Source: a bacterium (GTDB lineage Bacteria; Electryoneota; JAOADG01). Taken from it: a DNA stretch of 64,000 bases. A program made the position numbers and the translations under genes. Below are positions 40,168-50,214 of this stretch, one piece after another (positions within the stretch are counted from its first letter, which is position 1; each line of letters starts with the position of its first letter). The DNA is taken from contig OY820579.1 of the NCBI GenBank assembly GCA_963681965.1, positions 448,001-512,000 of the forward strand, given 5' to 3'. Under the pieces are notes generated by a model that searched no databases, had not been told where the DNA came from, and was given only the letters and a program-made list of their open reading frames with translations.

Positions 40168-40527
40168 GTGGCTGAAATGCAATCGACTGATCGCGACAAT
40201 ATCGCTCATCGTAAAGTGGAAAAAACATTGTCTTCACTTGATCGGATCCCCGATCTAGCAGTCAATCCTTTTTTCTACACCCGATTGCGTCAAGCAATTT
40301 CCGAGCAGGAATCGGAACGTGCCGGATGGCTATATCGCGTTACCAACGGCTATCGAATGCTACCGGTTGCAATCGGTCTCATCTTGATTCTAAATGTGGT
40401 CACACTGACTGTATTCCTCCAATTTCAACAAACTTCTCGCGAAAATCAGACGAATATCGTCGATGACGTTGTTCGGGAATATTCACTGACATCATGGAAT
40501 TTTTCCGATAATCGCGATGGGGGTTGA
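40168..40527 (+). CDS. Putative single-TM anti-sigma factor
   Basis: Directly after the ECF gene; NPFFYTRL motif plus one TM helix. Confidence 0.65.
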   Translation: MAEMQSTDRDNIAHRKVEKTLSSLDRIPDLAVNPFFYTRLRQAISEQESERAGWLYRVTNGYRMLPVAIGLILILNVVTLTVFLQFQQTSRENQTNIVDDVVREYSLTSWNFSDNRDGG

Positions 40528-40531
40528 ATGA

Positions 40532-41083
40532 ATGGATCGAAATCGAATGAATAAATTATTGGTAGGATCTATCCTTGCGTTAGTGCTAGTCAATATCGCT
40601 TCACTTGGTGGATTGTGGTACGTACTGAGCCAACGACAACAATATCCGCCTCCGCCGATGCATAACGAGGGTCAGTTCGAAGATCGGTTCGGCATGGAAC
40701 TCGGATTATCCGAACCGCAATTGCAACAATTCCGCGAGCTGGAAAACAAGCATCACCGCAACACCGACAGTATCAACGTCGAGTTGTATCAAGTGCGATC
40801 GAAGATATTAGCTGAATTGAAACAAGCTGTTCCAGACACGAACAAGTTGACTGCATATACCGAGCAGATCGGTATCCTTCAAATTAAATTCGAGCGTAAG
40901 GTACTCTCTCATTTTCTACAAGTGAAAGCGATGCTCAAACCGGAGCAGTTTGACCGATTCTGCTCGATTTTAAATCAAATGGTTCTTTCGATGCATAACG
41001 GTATGCCGCCGAATAGTAGGATGCCGAATTTCCCGCAGCATGGTCAATCGCCAGGCGCTCCACCACCCGACCCAACACGATGA
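40532..41083 (+). CDS. Periplasmic Spy/CpxP-like (heavy-metal sensor) protein
   Basis: N-terminal TM, ELGLSEPQ and MLKPEQ (LTxxQ-like) motifs. Confidence 0.75.
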   Translation: MDRNRMNKLLVGSILALVLVNIASLGGLWYVLSQRQQYPPPPMHNEGQFEDRFGMELGLSEPQLQQFRELENKHHRNTDSINVELYQVRSKILAELKQAVPDTNKLTAYTEQIGILQIKFERKVLSHFLQVKAMLKPEQFDRFCSILNQMVLSMHNGMPPNSRMPNFPQHGQSPGAPPPDPTR

Positions 41084-41102
41084 CAAGTTCTTCGACAAAA
41101 CC

Positions 41103-41126
41103 AACCGGGGCAACCCGGTTTTTTTT
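41103..41126 (+). terminator. Rho-independent terminator
   Basis: AACCGGG-GCAA-CCCGGTTTTTTTT. Confidence 0.8.
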
Positions 41127-41182
41127 CCATTAACCTTCCAACCATCATTAACTGCATAATCCCAACGCTTCATAAAAGTCGC

Positions 41183-41210
41183 GCAAGGTTTTCGACACAA
41201 TATCGTCTAA
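41183..41210 (+). promoter_or_regulatory. ECF-type promoter, copy 2
   Basis: GCAAGGT-N13-TCGTCTAA downstream of a terminator and upstream of the methyltransferase gene. Confidence 0.6.
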
Positions 41211-41347
41211 CAAATATCTGACCAACAATCTCAGTAGATCGGACCCAAACATTCCGAAACCCTCAGCTATTTGGACGTGATCGATACGTCGTTGATCTGA
41301 TACCAAGAATCGACCTCGCATCGATGAACCGATATAAGGAATCGTCA

Positions 41348-42391
41348 ATGTCGCAAGACTGGAGTTACAATCGCATCTGGACACTAGCCAATAGTTATAT
41401 GGAGTCCAGGATTCTGTTGACGGGATTTGAAATCGGTTTATTCGATCTTCTCGCCATCAATTCATTGACCGTGGAAGAGGTGGCACTGCGGTACCGAACA
41501 AGTGCGCGAAAGATTGCTATTTTTCTCGATGCTCTAACCGCAATGGGCGTACTAATTTACGAGAGTGGTACTTATCGATGCGATCCATCGCTGGCGCCGG
41601 TAATTACCCGCGACGGAACATGTTCGGCAGCGTGGATGCTCCAACAGGTTTCTGCTAAATATTGCGAATGGGAAAAACTTTCTCGGTATGTGACCGTCGA
41701 TTTGACAACAGACGTTACCGATCAAACAGACACTGATTCAGGTGCGCACAAAGAAAAAAACAACGTCACTCAAATTGAATGGGATGGTGTGGTCGAACTG
41801 ATCAATCCACAAGAAGTCCGGCGACTGTTGATGATTGGAATTTCATCAGGTCGGTATTTGAAAGCATTCTTGAATTTCGTTCCCGGAATGAGTATCGCGG
41901 TTTCGGACGAGAAAAAGAAACTCGATTTCCTTCACCAAAGTTTAATCAACAACAATCTCAGCGAGCAACCAGTTGGATTCCGACACGATTTTCCGGCGTC
42001 ACCATTTAACATTCACCGGGTTACCTTCCAACCCTTGGATTTTCTAAAAAACGCTTTACCGCAAGAATTCAATCTGGCGTTTTTATCGTCTATTGTACAA
42101 AAATATTACTTTGCTCAGAACATCACTTTTTTGGGCAACGTGTATAAGTCACTCCTTCCCGGAGGGCGCATTATTATTCGCGAAGCGCTATGCGCTCCGG
42201 AACGAAACAGCAGCTATGCCAGCGCGATCTACGCGGTGAGCTCGATTGTCGAAACGCATGGGAAAACACCCTATACTTTCGAAGAAATTAAATCTGCGCT
42301 CGAACAATCAGGATTTGTCAGTGTAAAATTGTTGAATCCGGATTCTTGGATGGATTGCGTCATCGAAGCTTATAAGCCGATGGGATATTAA
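41348..42391 (+). CDS. O-methyltransferase-family protein (dimerisation plus SAM-binding fold), degenerate motif I
   Basis: SRILLTGFEIGLFD...LDALTAMG N-domain; LLPGGRIII, YTFEEI...SGF; motif I reads LMIGISSG. Confidence 0.65.
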   Translation: MSQDWSYNRIWTLANSYMESRILLTGFEIGLFDLLAINSLTVEEVALRYRTSARKIAIFLDALTAMGVLIYESGTYRCDPSLAPVITRDGTCSAAWMLQQVSAKYCEWEKLSRYVTVDLTTDVTDQTDTDSGAHKEKNNVTQIEWDGVVELINPQEVRRLLMIGISSGRYLKAFLNFVPGMSIAVSDEKKKLDFLHQSLINNNLSEQPVGFRHDFPASPFNIHRVTFQPLDFLKNALPQEFNLAFLSSIVQKYYFAQNITFLGNVYKSLLPGGRIIIREALCAPERNSSYASAIYAVSSIVETHGKTPYTFEEIKSALEQSGFVSVKLLNPDSWMDCVIEAYKPMGY

Positions 42392-42430
42392 TTCGAGTCG
42401 AAGCACTGTGACGGTAGGAAGGAATAAATC

Positions 42431-43228
42431 ATGTTAACCGGAAGACGGTCTGCAATTGGTATTGCGTTCCTTGTCGGGATTCTGCAGATAGCGCTGATGG
42501 GTTGCTCGAAATCGATCAAATATTATTCCGCATATAACCCGAACGACTACAAAATTGCGGCAGTTATTATACCGAGTGGACCCCAGCGTGAACTATTGGA
42601 TCGCTTATTCGATCAGATCGAAGAAGCACCATTTAAAGTCGTCTGGTTTCAGGAAAAAAGTCTTCGCAATTTACCGGGGATTGCTGCGATTTTGGATTCA
42701 ACGCACCGCATTACTCCTGAACTCGCAGCTCAAATTGCCAAATCGTGCAATGCGACTCTCGTGATCTATCAAGAACCGCAATTACCTATATCCAAATCTC
42801 ATCGACCACAACGTACCCAGCGCTCCGAAAGCGGTTCAACCCCTAATAATTTTGATTCGGATGCACCACCACCTGACGATTCGGAAACGGATCAACCGCC
42901 TGACGGTAAAGGCGAGAAACCGCAAGGCATGGGTGGTGGTCATCCGGGGGATTTCAGTGGCGGACAGCCGGGTGGAATGGGTGGACCCGGCGGAATGGGT
43001 CCTGGTGGTCAAGGCGGTAGTCGAGATGGAAAACGCGGCATGCCGGGGAGAGGTCCCGGTGGCATGGATCGGAAGAACCACCCCCGATCGGATGATCGAC
43101 CAATTCGCTTCAACGTAATCGATGTAACAAATGGATCGATGATCTGGCAACAAACAATCGAAGATGCGTCATCGAATTCCGAAATCAAGAAATTTGCCAA
43201 GCACCTTGTAACCGCTGGTAAACCTTGA
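42431..43228 (+). CDS. Lipoprotein with a Gly/Met/Pro-rich low-complexity insert
   Basis: Lipobox LMGC; GGMGGPGGMGPGG region. Confidence 0.7.
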   Translation: MLTGRRSAIGIAFLVGILQIALMGCSKSIKYYSAYNPNDYKIAAVIIPSGPQRELLDRLFDQIEEAPFKVVWFQEKSLRNLPGIAAILDSTHRITPELAAQIAKSCNATLVIYQEPQLPISKSHRPQRTQRSESGSTPNNFDSDAPPPDDSETDQPPDGKGEKPQGMGGGHPGDFSGGQPGGMGGPGGMGPGGQGGSRDGKRGMPGRGPGGMDRKNHPRSDDRPIRFNVIDVTNGSMIWQQTIEDASSNSEIKKFAKHLVTAGKP

Positions 43229-43431
43229 TTTATTAGATCGATGTATCATTACTGTGATACCAGTTCAACTTCGAATTATTGGAGCAATTAAACTCATCGA
43301 GTGATCTTCACTTTCTTAAACAATTCGATGCGATTTTTGTCAAAAGAACAAGTGCAGGCAGCACACAATTACGTCCATTAGGTATTTATTCAATTTCGAT
43401 TGATTGAGCATTAACGTAACCGGGCAACGGA

Positions 43432-44421
43432 ATGCGATTCACGATTTACGCACTTCTTCTAATATTGGGTCTACTTATTCATGCCAGTTCAGGGCAAAGT
43501 TTGCAGACTGTAAGCGGCGACCTACGAGTCTATTTTCTCGATGTCGGAAAAGCCGATGCGATTTACATTGTATGCCCAACCGGTGAGCATTCCATGCTGA
43601 TCGATGCCGCCGACTCCAGTCTACCGGAAAGTGCCGAGAAATTTCGATCCGAATTACAGAAACTAACCGGTGGGTTGAATCAAAAAATCGATGTCGTCGT
43701 TGCTTCGCATGGCGATAAAGATCATATCGGCAATATGAAATGGGTGCTGGATAATTATCGGGTTGAGCGGTATCTGGACAATGGCAGCAATACCGGTACC
43801 GGGTTATATCGAGAATTGCAAATTCGGATTGCTGACCTAAAACAGATCAACCCCGGTTTTCGTTACCATTCACTTGCTACAGTCGAACCTATCTTCGCCG
43901 ATTTTTGTCCTGCTGAAAATGTGTCGGTAGAAATTTTGAATCGCGCCCCGATCAGCGAATTTTCCGATGAGAACAATCGATCGATCATCTTACGGTTGGA
44001 TTACAATACAACCTCTTTCCTCTTTCCCGGTGATGCCGATAAAGAATTGGAAACGTCGCTTCTCATCGGTCATGCAAAGCTAACAGCCAACGTTTTGAAA
44101 GCTGCTCATCACGGCGGTAATTCTGCATCCTCGAAACTTTTTCTTGAGGTAATTCGTCCCGATTATATCGTGGTAACGAGTGGAAAACCCAATTTCGATG
44201 TCTCCCAAAAACATTTATTACCCCAGCGAAAAGCCATCGATAGAATGAACGAAATTGTACCGGGATCACAATTCCGTAAGGATTTAATACCGGCATACGA
44301 CAAAAAAACAAATCAATGGCAACAGATACCAGTGAAACAAAATATTCTATTTCCATATCTCGATGGAACGATCGAAATCAGATCCGATGGCACAAGATTG
44401 ACTCTTCACGACTCGAAGTAA
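43432..44421 (+). CDS. Secreted ComEC/Rec2-type metallo-beta-lactamase-fold hydrolase
   Basis: FLDVGKADA, SHGDKDHIG, NNRS, FPGDA, AHHG. Confidence 0.85.
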   Translation: MRFTIYALLLILGLLIHASSGQSLQTVSGDLRVYFLDVGKADAIYIVCPTGEHSMLIDAADSSLPESAEKFRSELQKLTGGLNQKIDVVVASHGDKDHIGNMKWVLDNYRVERYLDNGSNTGTGLYRELQIRIADLKQINPGFRYHSLATVEPIFADFCPAENVSVEILNRAPISEFSDENNRSIILRLDYNTTSFLFPGDADKELETSLLIGHAKLTANVLKAAHHGGNSASSKLFLEVIRPDYIVVTSGKPNFDVSQKHLLPQRKAIDRMNEIVPGSQFRKDLIPAYDKKTNQWQQIPVKQNILFPYLDGTIEIRSDGTRLTLHDSK

Positions 44422-44666
44422 CACCGATTCTCGACTAAATCGTCGAATCCTAAATCGACTATTTCGTCGAGAACCGCAACAAATCATTATATGCGATTTT
44501 TAAGATTTTATTAATACAGATTTATAAATGTGGCACAACTTCTGCTAATGATAGAATCAGGGTTACGCTTTTCAATTGAATATTCCAATGGTAGCATTCG
44601 CAATCTCGCATGCAATGCACTTCGGTAATCTCAGTAATGATCCATCATCAGACAAGGAAGTACATC

Positions 44667-46226
44667 ATGCTACCCAGAACTAAAATAAATTACTCGCATA
44701 TTTCCTGTTTCATCCTATTGCTTTTAGCAATCGCACAATTTGCAATTGCAGTACCCTATCCCGGCTATACGCTGTATTGTCCAAACAACGGTCGGTACAC
44801 TTATCTGAAGAACTTGAGCAACACGACGGTTCACAGTTGGACGCATTCTCGCAGCGGTGGCTACTCCTGCTACTTGCTCGAAAATGGCGACTTGATTCGA
44901 TCAGCCGTTTCTTCGAGCAGTTCGATGAATGGTGGCGGTGCCGAAGGGATCGTGCAGAAGTACAATTGGAGTGGAACGCTAATTTGGGAATACACTTATA
45001 GTACGACTACCTACCGGTCTCATCATGACATTTGTCCGATGCCGAACGGCAACGTGATTTTAATTGCATGGGAATCGAAAACTGCAGCACAGGCTGTCGC
45101 TGCGGGTTTAAGTAGAAGCTCGGCAATTTGGCCGGATCATTTGGTCGAAGTACAACCGAGTGGTTCCACCGGCGGTACGATCGTATGGCAGTGGCACGCA
45201 TGGGATCATTTAATTCAAGCGTACGATGCATCGAAAGCAAATTACGGCGTTATTGCCGATCATCCGGAATTGCTTAATCTTAATTGCGGCAGCAGCGGTG
45301 TCGGACCGGGTGGCGGTGATTGGATGCATGTCAATTCGGTTAGCTACAATCCCACATTGGATCAAATAACGTTCTCATCGCACAATTTGAATGAACTGTA
45401 TGTAATCGACCACAGTACAACTACCGCCGAAGCGGCAACCCATACTGGTGGTCGGTGGGGGCGCGGCGGCGATTTCTTGTATCGGTGGGGTAATCCGGCA
45501 AACTACGGCACAACCGGAACACAAGTTTTCGATGTCGTGCATTGTGCGTGGTGGGTTCCGGCTGGTTTACCGGGTGCCGGACATATTCTTGCATTCAACA
45601 ATCGCTCTTCATCATCAACGTCGATGATCGTCGAAATCGTACCGCCAATGGATACGCTTGGAAATTATACTCGCACGACACGCACTGCGTTTGGTCCAGC
45701 ATCTCCGGTGTGGAGCTACACCGCGACCGGGTTCTATTCGCAGCATCTCGGCGGCAATCAACGACTACCGAACGGCAATACGATGATCGCCGAAGCGACG
45801 AGTGGCAATCTCTTCGAAGTCGATTCCGCAGGTCGAACCGTTTGGAGTTACACACCCGGCGGTGAAATCGTACGTGTTTTACGATACGGTACCGAATATC
45901 CCGGCGTAGCAATTCTTGGCACTGAGGAGGAAGTTGCCGCACTTCCCAACTCCGTTCATTTACTTTCGAACTATCCCAATCCATTCAATTCATCTACCAA
46001 GATTAATATTAAAATCGATAAACTTGCTTCGGTAAAACTGTCGATCTATAACGCCAATGGCGAATTAATCAGCAAACTGGTCGATGGAAGACTCATTGCA
46101 GGCGATCACAATTTCGATTGGAATGGGAAAAACATGAATGGAATGTCGGTAAATTCCGGAGTTTATTTCTGCAGGCTTCAGTCCGGATCAACTGTGCAAA
46201 CTAGAAAATTGGTGCTAGTTAAATAA
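44667..46226 (+). CDS. Arylsulfotransferase (ASST) family protein with T9SS-type C-terminal domain
   Basis: SHHD, DWMHVNSV, GDFLYRWGNPANY, QRLPNGNT; YPNPFN tail. Confidence 0.8.
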   Translation: MLPRTKINYSHISCFILLLLAIAQFAIAVPYPGYTLYCPNNGRYTYLKNLSNTTVHSWTHSRSGGYSCYLLENGDLIRSAVSSSSSMNGGGAEGIVQKYNWSGTLIWEYTYSTTTYRSHHDICPMPNGNVILIAWESKTAAQAVAAGLSRSSAIWPDHLVEVQPSGSTGGTIVWQWHAWDHLIQAYDASKANYGVIADHPELLNLNCGSSGVGPGGGDWMHVNSVSYNPTLDQITFSSHNLNELYVIDHSTTTAEAATHTGGRWGRGGDFLYRWGNPANYGTTGTQVFDVVHCAWWVPAGLPGAGHILAFNNRSSSSTSMIVEIVPPMDTLGNYTRTTRTAFGPASPVWSYTATGFYSQHLGGNQRLPNGNTMIAEATSGNLFEVDSAGRTVWSYTPGGEIVRVLRYGTEYPGVAILGTEEEVAALPNSVHLLSNYPNPFNSSTKINIKIDKLASVKLSIYNANGELISKLVDGRLIAGDHNFDWNGKNMNGMSVNSGVYFCRLQSGSTVQTRKLVLVK

Positions 46227-46302
46227 CACGTCAACCTTCTTTAAGAGTATCGCTGTCACCGGATCATCGCTCGCATGATACGATGACTAGGAAAGGACAA
46301 CA

Positions 46303-47247
46303 ATGATTAGCCGTCGACTTTATTCAACACTCGCTTTGGCGGTAATACTTGCACTGCTTAATTCGTGTAGTAAAGACAGTTCAACTAGTCCGACCACAAC
46401 CAACACCGATCCAGCCGGGATGGCGAAGATTGCGGCAAACAACCATAGTTTCTCAATGGGATCGACGACTGGTTTAACTGACGAACTACCGGTTCACACG
46501 GTGAGTTTCACCCACGATTTTTGGATGGACCGCACCGAAGTAACCCAATCGGATTACAATAGTCTGATGCAACAATATTATTCCGGCTATCTCGCACCGA
46601 CGTGGTCGGCGACTTATGGCTTAGGCAATCAATATCCCGTGTATTCGATTTATTGGGGCGATGCCGCGCTATACTGCAACGCCCGAAGTCGCCGCGATGG
46701 ACTCGATACGGTTTACAGCTATTCAGCCATTTCCGGAACTCCGGGTCGTCTTTGTCAATTGGTTAATGTTGTAATCGATTACACGAAAAACGGCTATCGG
46801 TTGCCAACCGAAGCGGAGTGGGAATTTGCTGCTCGTGGCGGTTCGACAAACGACTACTATTGGGGAAAAAATTACAATCCCTATCCCAACAGCAATAGCG
46901 ATTCAACTGAATTCAATCGCTATGCCGTCTGGACCGCCAATTCGTTGTCGCTGGGAATCGATACCAGCGCTTATGGAACTCACATTGTTGGATCCAAGCT
47001 CGCCAATTCATACGGTTTGTATGACATGATTGGTAATCTGTACGAGTACTGCAACGATTGGTTCGGTGACTATTCCAGCACAGCCAGCTCCAATCCGACC
47101 GGTCCAACGAGTGGTACAACTCGGTGTATCCGGGGTGGTAGTTGGGGTAACAATGCCGATTACTTACGCGTTTCGACCCGTGATTTTAATCCAGCCGGTT
47201 ACGAATTCTATTTCGTCGGATTTAGAGCTGTTCGAACGATATTCTAA
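46303..47247 (+). CDS. Formylglycine-generating-enzyme (SUMF1/FGE) domain lipoprotein
   Basis: Lipobox LNSC; FSMGS, EVTQ, YRLPTEAEWEFAARGG, GLYDMIGN, RGGSW, GFR. Confidence 0.85.
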   Translation: MISRRLYSTLALAVILALLNSCSKDSSTSPTTTNTDPAGMAKIAANNHSFSMGSTTGLTDELPVHTVSFTHDFWMDRTEVTQSDYNSLMQQYYSGYLAPTWSATYGLGNQYPVYSIYWGDAALYCNARSRRDGLDTVYSYSAISGTPGRLCQLVNVVIDYTKNGYRLPTEAEWEFAARGGSTNDYYWGKNYNPYPNSNSDSTEFNRYAVWTANSLSLGIDTSAYGTHIVGSKLANSYGLYDMIGNLYEYCNDWFGDYSSTASSNPTGPTSGTTRCIRGGSWGNNADYLRVSTRDFNPAGYEFYFVGFRAVRTIF

Positions 47248-47270
47248 TCGACTTGAAAGACTGACTGACA

Positions 47271-49643
47271 ATGAAAACCGCGTCCATGGTTCTCGGTTCG
47301 GCATTCATTCTAGCCATACTACTCTTGGCTCTACCGGAGCGATGTGACGCGGTTGTCATTAACGAGATTTTAGCGGACAATACTCAGACGATCCGCGATC
47401 AAAATGGAAATTACGACGACTGTATCGAGCTGTACAATCCATCCGATCAATCCGTCCGTCTGAGTGGTTATTTTCTCTCCGACCGACTAACCAATCATAC
47501 AAAATGGCAATTCCCCGATACATCCATCGCTGCTCATAGTTACCTGATTGTGTGGGCTGATAACGAACCAACGCAAACCGGTTTACATACCAATTTCGGA
47601 ATTTCCCGATCCAGCGAATCAATTATTTTCAGCGATGCACAAGCACGAATTGTCGATTCGATTTCCATCGGTATGCAGATGATGGATGTATCATTCGGAC
47701 GATTTCCCGATGGTTCTGGCGCATTCCGGTTTATGTATCCAACGATCGGGTATACGAACCGATTCGATGGTCCCGGTATTGTCGATCCGGCAGTCGATTT
47801 CTTCGGCGACACCACCATTTACCGTATTCGCCTCAGTTTTTATACACCGAAGTGGCGCGATTCACTTCAGTATAATTTCGAAGTGTTGAACAAACAGTAT
47901 ATGCCCGCACGAATGATTATCAACGATACCCTCGTGCTCGATAGTATCGGCATACGCTACAAAGGGAATTCATCTTATACCAACTCACGAAACACCCCGA
48001 AGAAACCATTGAAGATCAGCTTCAATCATTATAAAAGCGATCAAACGCTGGCGGGAATGCACCGCTTGAATTTTCATAACGGCGTCAGCGATCCCAGCTT
48101 TTTACGGGAAAATCTTGCATACAAAATCGCAAGACGATATCTCCCGGCATCGCGAACGGCATATGCCGATGTTTATGTAAACGACACGTTGCTGGGTTTT
48201 TATTCGTTAGTCGAACAAGTGGATAAAGTCTTTTTGAGCAAATTCTTTACTCACAATGGCGGCAACCTTTTTAAAGCATCGAATGACGGTGCATCACTGC
48301 AGTACCTCGGAACCAAAAAATCACCGTACAAGAATCAGTATGTGCTGAAAACGAATGAGGATCTTGACGACTGGTCCCATTTTATCAAATTAACCGACCT
48401 GCTTGCCAATACTCCCGATTCGGTTTTCATCGACACACTATCACGATATCTCGACCTCGATTGGTGCATTCACGCACTGGCGTTCAATACTGTATTATCG
48501 AATTACGACAGCTATACCGGTTCAGGAAGAAATTTCTATTTATACGACGATCCAACTTCTGGGTTGTTCCAATTCATTCCCTGGGATATGAACGAAGCAT
48601 TTGGCGTATACACCAATAGCTGGAATACAACCACTCAAGAAATCGTCAATGCATCGAATTTGGCGATACGTCCACTCGTTCGTCGAATCATGAGTAACGA
48701 TTCATTGCGATCCAATTACCTCCGGTATATCACCGAAATGAGCACCGGCATTGCCAGCTACGATTCGATCGCGATCATGGCAGACGCCTTTCACGCCGCG
48801 ATTGCCAGCCATGTTCTAGCAGATACGAACAAACTTTATAGCTCGCAATTCTTCATCGATAATCTGAATAGTAGTGTTACTGTAGGAATAGCTCGACAGA
48901 TTCCCGGCATAAAATCGTTTATTCGCGATCGATCGGCTAATATTCGCACACAACTGGCAAGCGAGTGGGTGTATCCCGGCGATACCGATGACAATGGGGT
49001 CGTCGATGCGTACGACATCGTTCCATTGGGTCTCTACTTTGCTGCTCAAGGAACAACCCGCACCAGTGGCAACAACACTTGGTTCATTCAACGTTCTGCA
49101 CCCTGGGGTAATCGCGCTACTACCTATGCCGATGCAAATGGCGACGGAATCGTCGATGAGCGCGATATCGTGGCAATCGGTATCAATTGGAACTGTCGTC
49201 ACCACATTTATTCCACTACTGCAACCATGAGTCGACTCGATCCTTCACTGGTATCATTACACCATGCCGATTTCCTGAGAATTTATCGCTCACTGTCCGG
49301 TGATAGTGAACCAATTCTGTCTATGAAAAAAGTGTTGGAAGAATTACTCGAAATTGAAGCTACGTCTATCGTTCCGATCGATTTTTCACTAGACCAGAAT
49401 TACCCGAATCCATTCAATAATTCGACGACGATTCGATTCGGATTACCCGCAAGCGGTCCGGTAAAATTATCGATTTACAATGCACTCGGCGAAAAGGTCG
49501 CAGAACCGTATGTACGCAAAAACGTCACTGCAGGTTATCATACTGCTGTGATCGATGCGCGAGAATTATCATCCGGACTCTATTTCTATCGCATCGAAAC
49601 CAATTCAGGCAGTAAACTGCGAAAAATGGTATTGGTGAAGTAG
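47271..49643 (+). CDS. cotH: CotH-family kinase with lamin-tail domain, dockerin and T9SS-type C-terminal domain
   Basis: VINEILA...IELYN (LTD); GIRYKGNSS, LRENLAY, VEQVD, NYDSY, NFYLY, IPWDMNEAFG; dockerin GDTDDNGVVDAYD / ADANGDGIVDERD; NYPNPFN. Confidence 0.88.
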   Translation: MKTASMVLGSAFILAILLLALPERCDAVVINEILADNTQTIRDQNGNYDDCIELYNPSDQSVRLSGYFLSDRLTNHTKWQFPDTSIAAHSYLIVWADNEPTQTGLHTNFGISRSSESIIFSDAQARIVDSISIGMQMMDVSFGRFPDGSGAFRFMYPTIGYTNRFDGPGIVDPAVDFFGDTTIYRIRLSFYTPKWRDSLQYNFEVLNKQYMPARMIINDTLVLDSIGIRYKGNSSYTNSRNTPKKPLKISFNHYKSDQTLAGMHRLNFHNGVSDPSFLRENLAYKIARRYLPASRTAYADVYVNDTLLGFYSLVEQVDKVFLSKFFTHNGGNLFKASNDGASLQYLGTKKSPYKNQYVLKTNEDLDDWSHFIKLTDLLANTPDSVFIDTLSRYLDLDWCIHALAFNTVLSNYDSYTGSGRNFYLYDDPTSGLFQFIPWDMNEAFGVYTNSWNTTTQEIVNASNLAIRPLVRRIMSNDSLRSNYLRYITEMSTGIASYDSIAIMADAFHAAIASHVLADTNKLYSSQFFIDNLNSSVTVGIARQIPGIKSFIRDRSANIRTQLASEWVYPGDTDDNGVVDAYDIVPLGLYFAAQGTTRTSGNNTWFIQRSAPWGNRATTYADANGDGIVDERDIVAIGINWNCRHHIYSTTATMSRLDPSLVSLHHADFLRIYRSLSGDSEPILSMKKVLEELLEIEATSIVPIDFSLDQNYPNPFNNSTTIRFGLPASGPVKLSIYNALGEKVAEPYVRKNVTAGYHTAVIDARELSSGLYFYRIETNSGSKLRKMVLVK

Positions 49644-49644
49644 C

Positions 49645-50166
49645 ATGAAGAACGCATACCGAATTTTTGTGATCATGATCATAGCGTTTGCATGCAATAC
49701 CGGATGCAAGAAGAACAGTAGTAACCCCGTGACACCGCAAGCGCCGATGCAGATGACAATCACTCCGGAGCGCATCCAAACAACGGTTGGGAGTAGTATT
49801 CAGCTTGAACTATCGCTCGCGAATGTAACGGGTTCGGTGTTCGCTGTTGCTACGCAAATTGAATACGACAATCGGGTATTGCAATTCGATTCGTCCGCTT
49901 CCGAGTCCGGTCTCTGGATCGGAAATAGTAGCATCAACTTCGCTCATGCCGATAGCGGTGTGATTCACCTTTCGATCTCCCGGCTTCGCGGCGATACACC
50001 GTGTTTGGGAAGCGGAACGATTGCACGGTTGAAATTCATCGCCATTTCCTCCGGTACGACACAAGTAACGGTACCGGTTGACCAATTGCATTTATACGAT
50101 TCCAATGGAACCGAACTCGGCAACACCGATCTTGATAGCGACAGCACTACTGTTATTGTGAATTAA
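49645..50166 (+). CDS. Cohesin-domain lipoprotein
   Basis: Lipoprotein signal (FAC/TGC); VGSSIQL, IEYDNRVLQF, GSGTIARLKF...SGT, LYDSNG cohesin pattern. Confidence 0.72.
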   Translation: MKNAYRIFVIMIIAFACNTGCKKNSSNPVTPQAPMQMTITPERIQTTVGSSIQLELSLANVTGSVFAVATQIEYDNRVLQFDSSASESGLWIGNSSINFAHADSGVIHLSISRLRGDTPCLGSGTIARLKFIAISSGTTQVTVPVDQLHLYDSNGTELGNTDLDSDSTTVIVN

Positions 50167-50214
50167 TCGTTCGAATTTCATCGTGATTTCGCAACGGCTA
50201 AAAGGACAATCAAA

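Noticed and set aside
43432-44421. Calling this gene comEC
   Set aside because: Only the MBL domain is present; the competence membrane channel domain is absent
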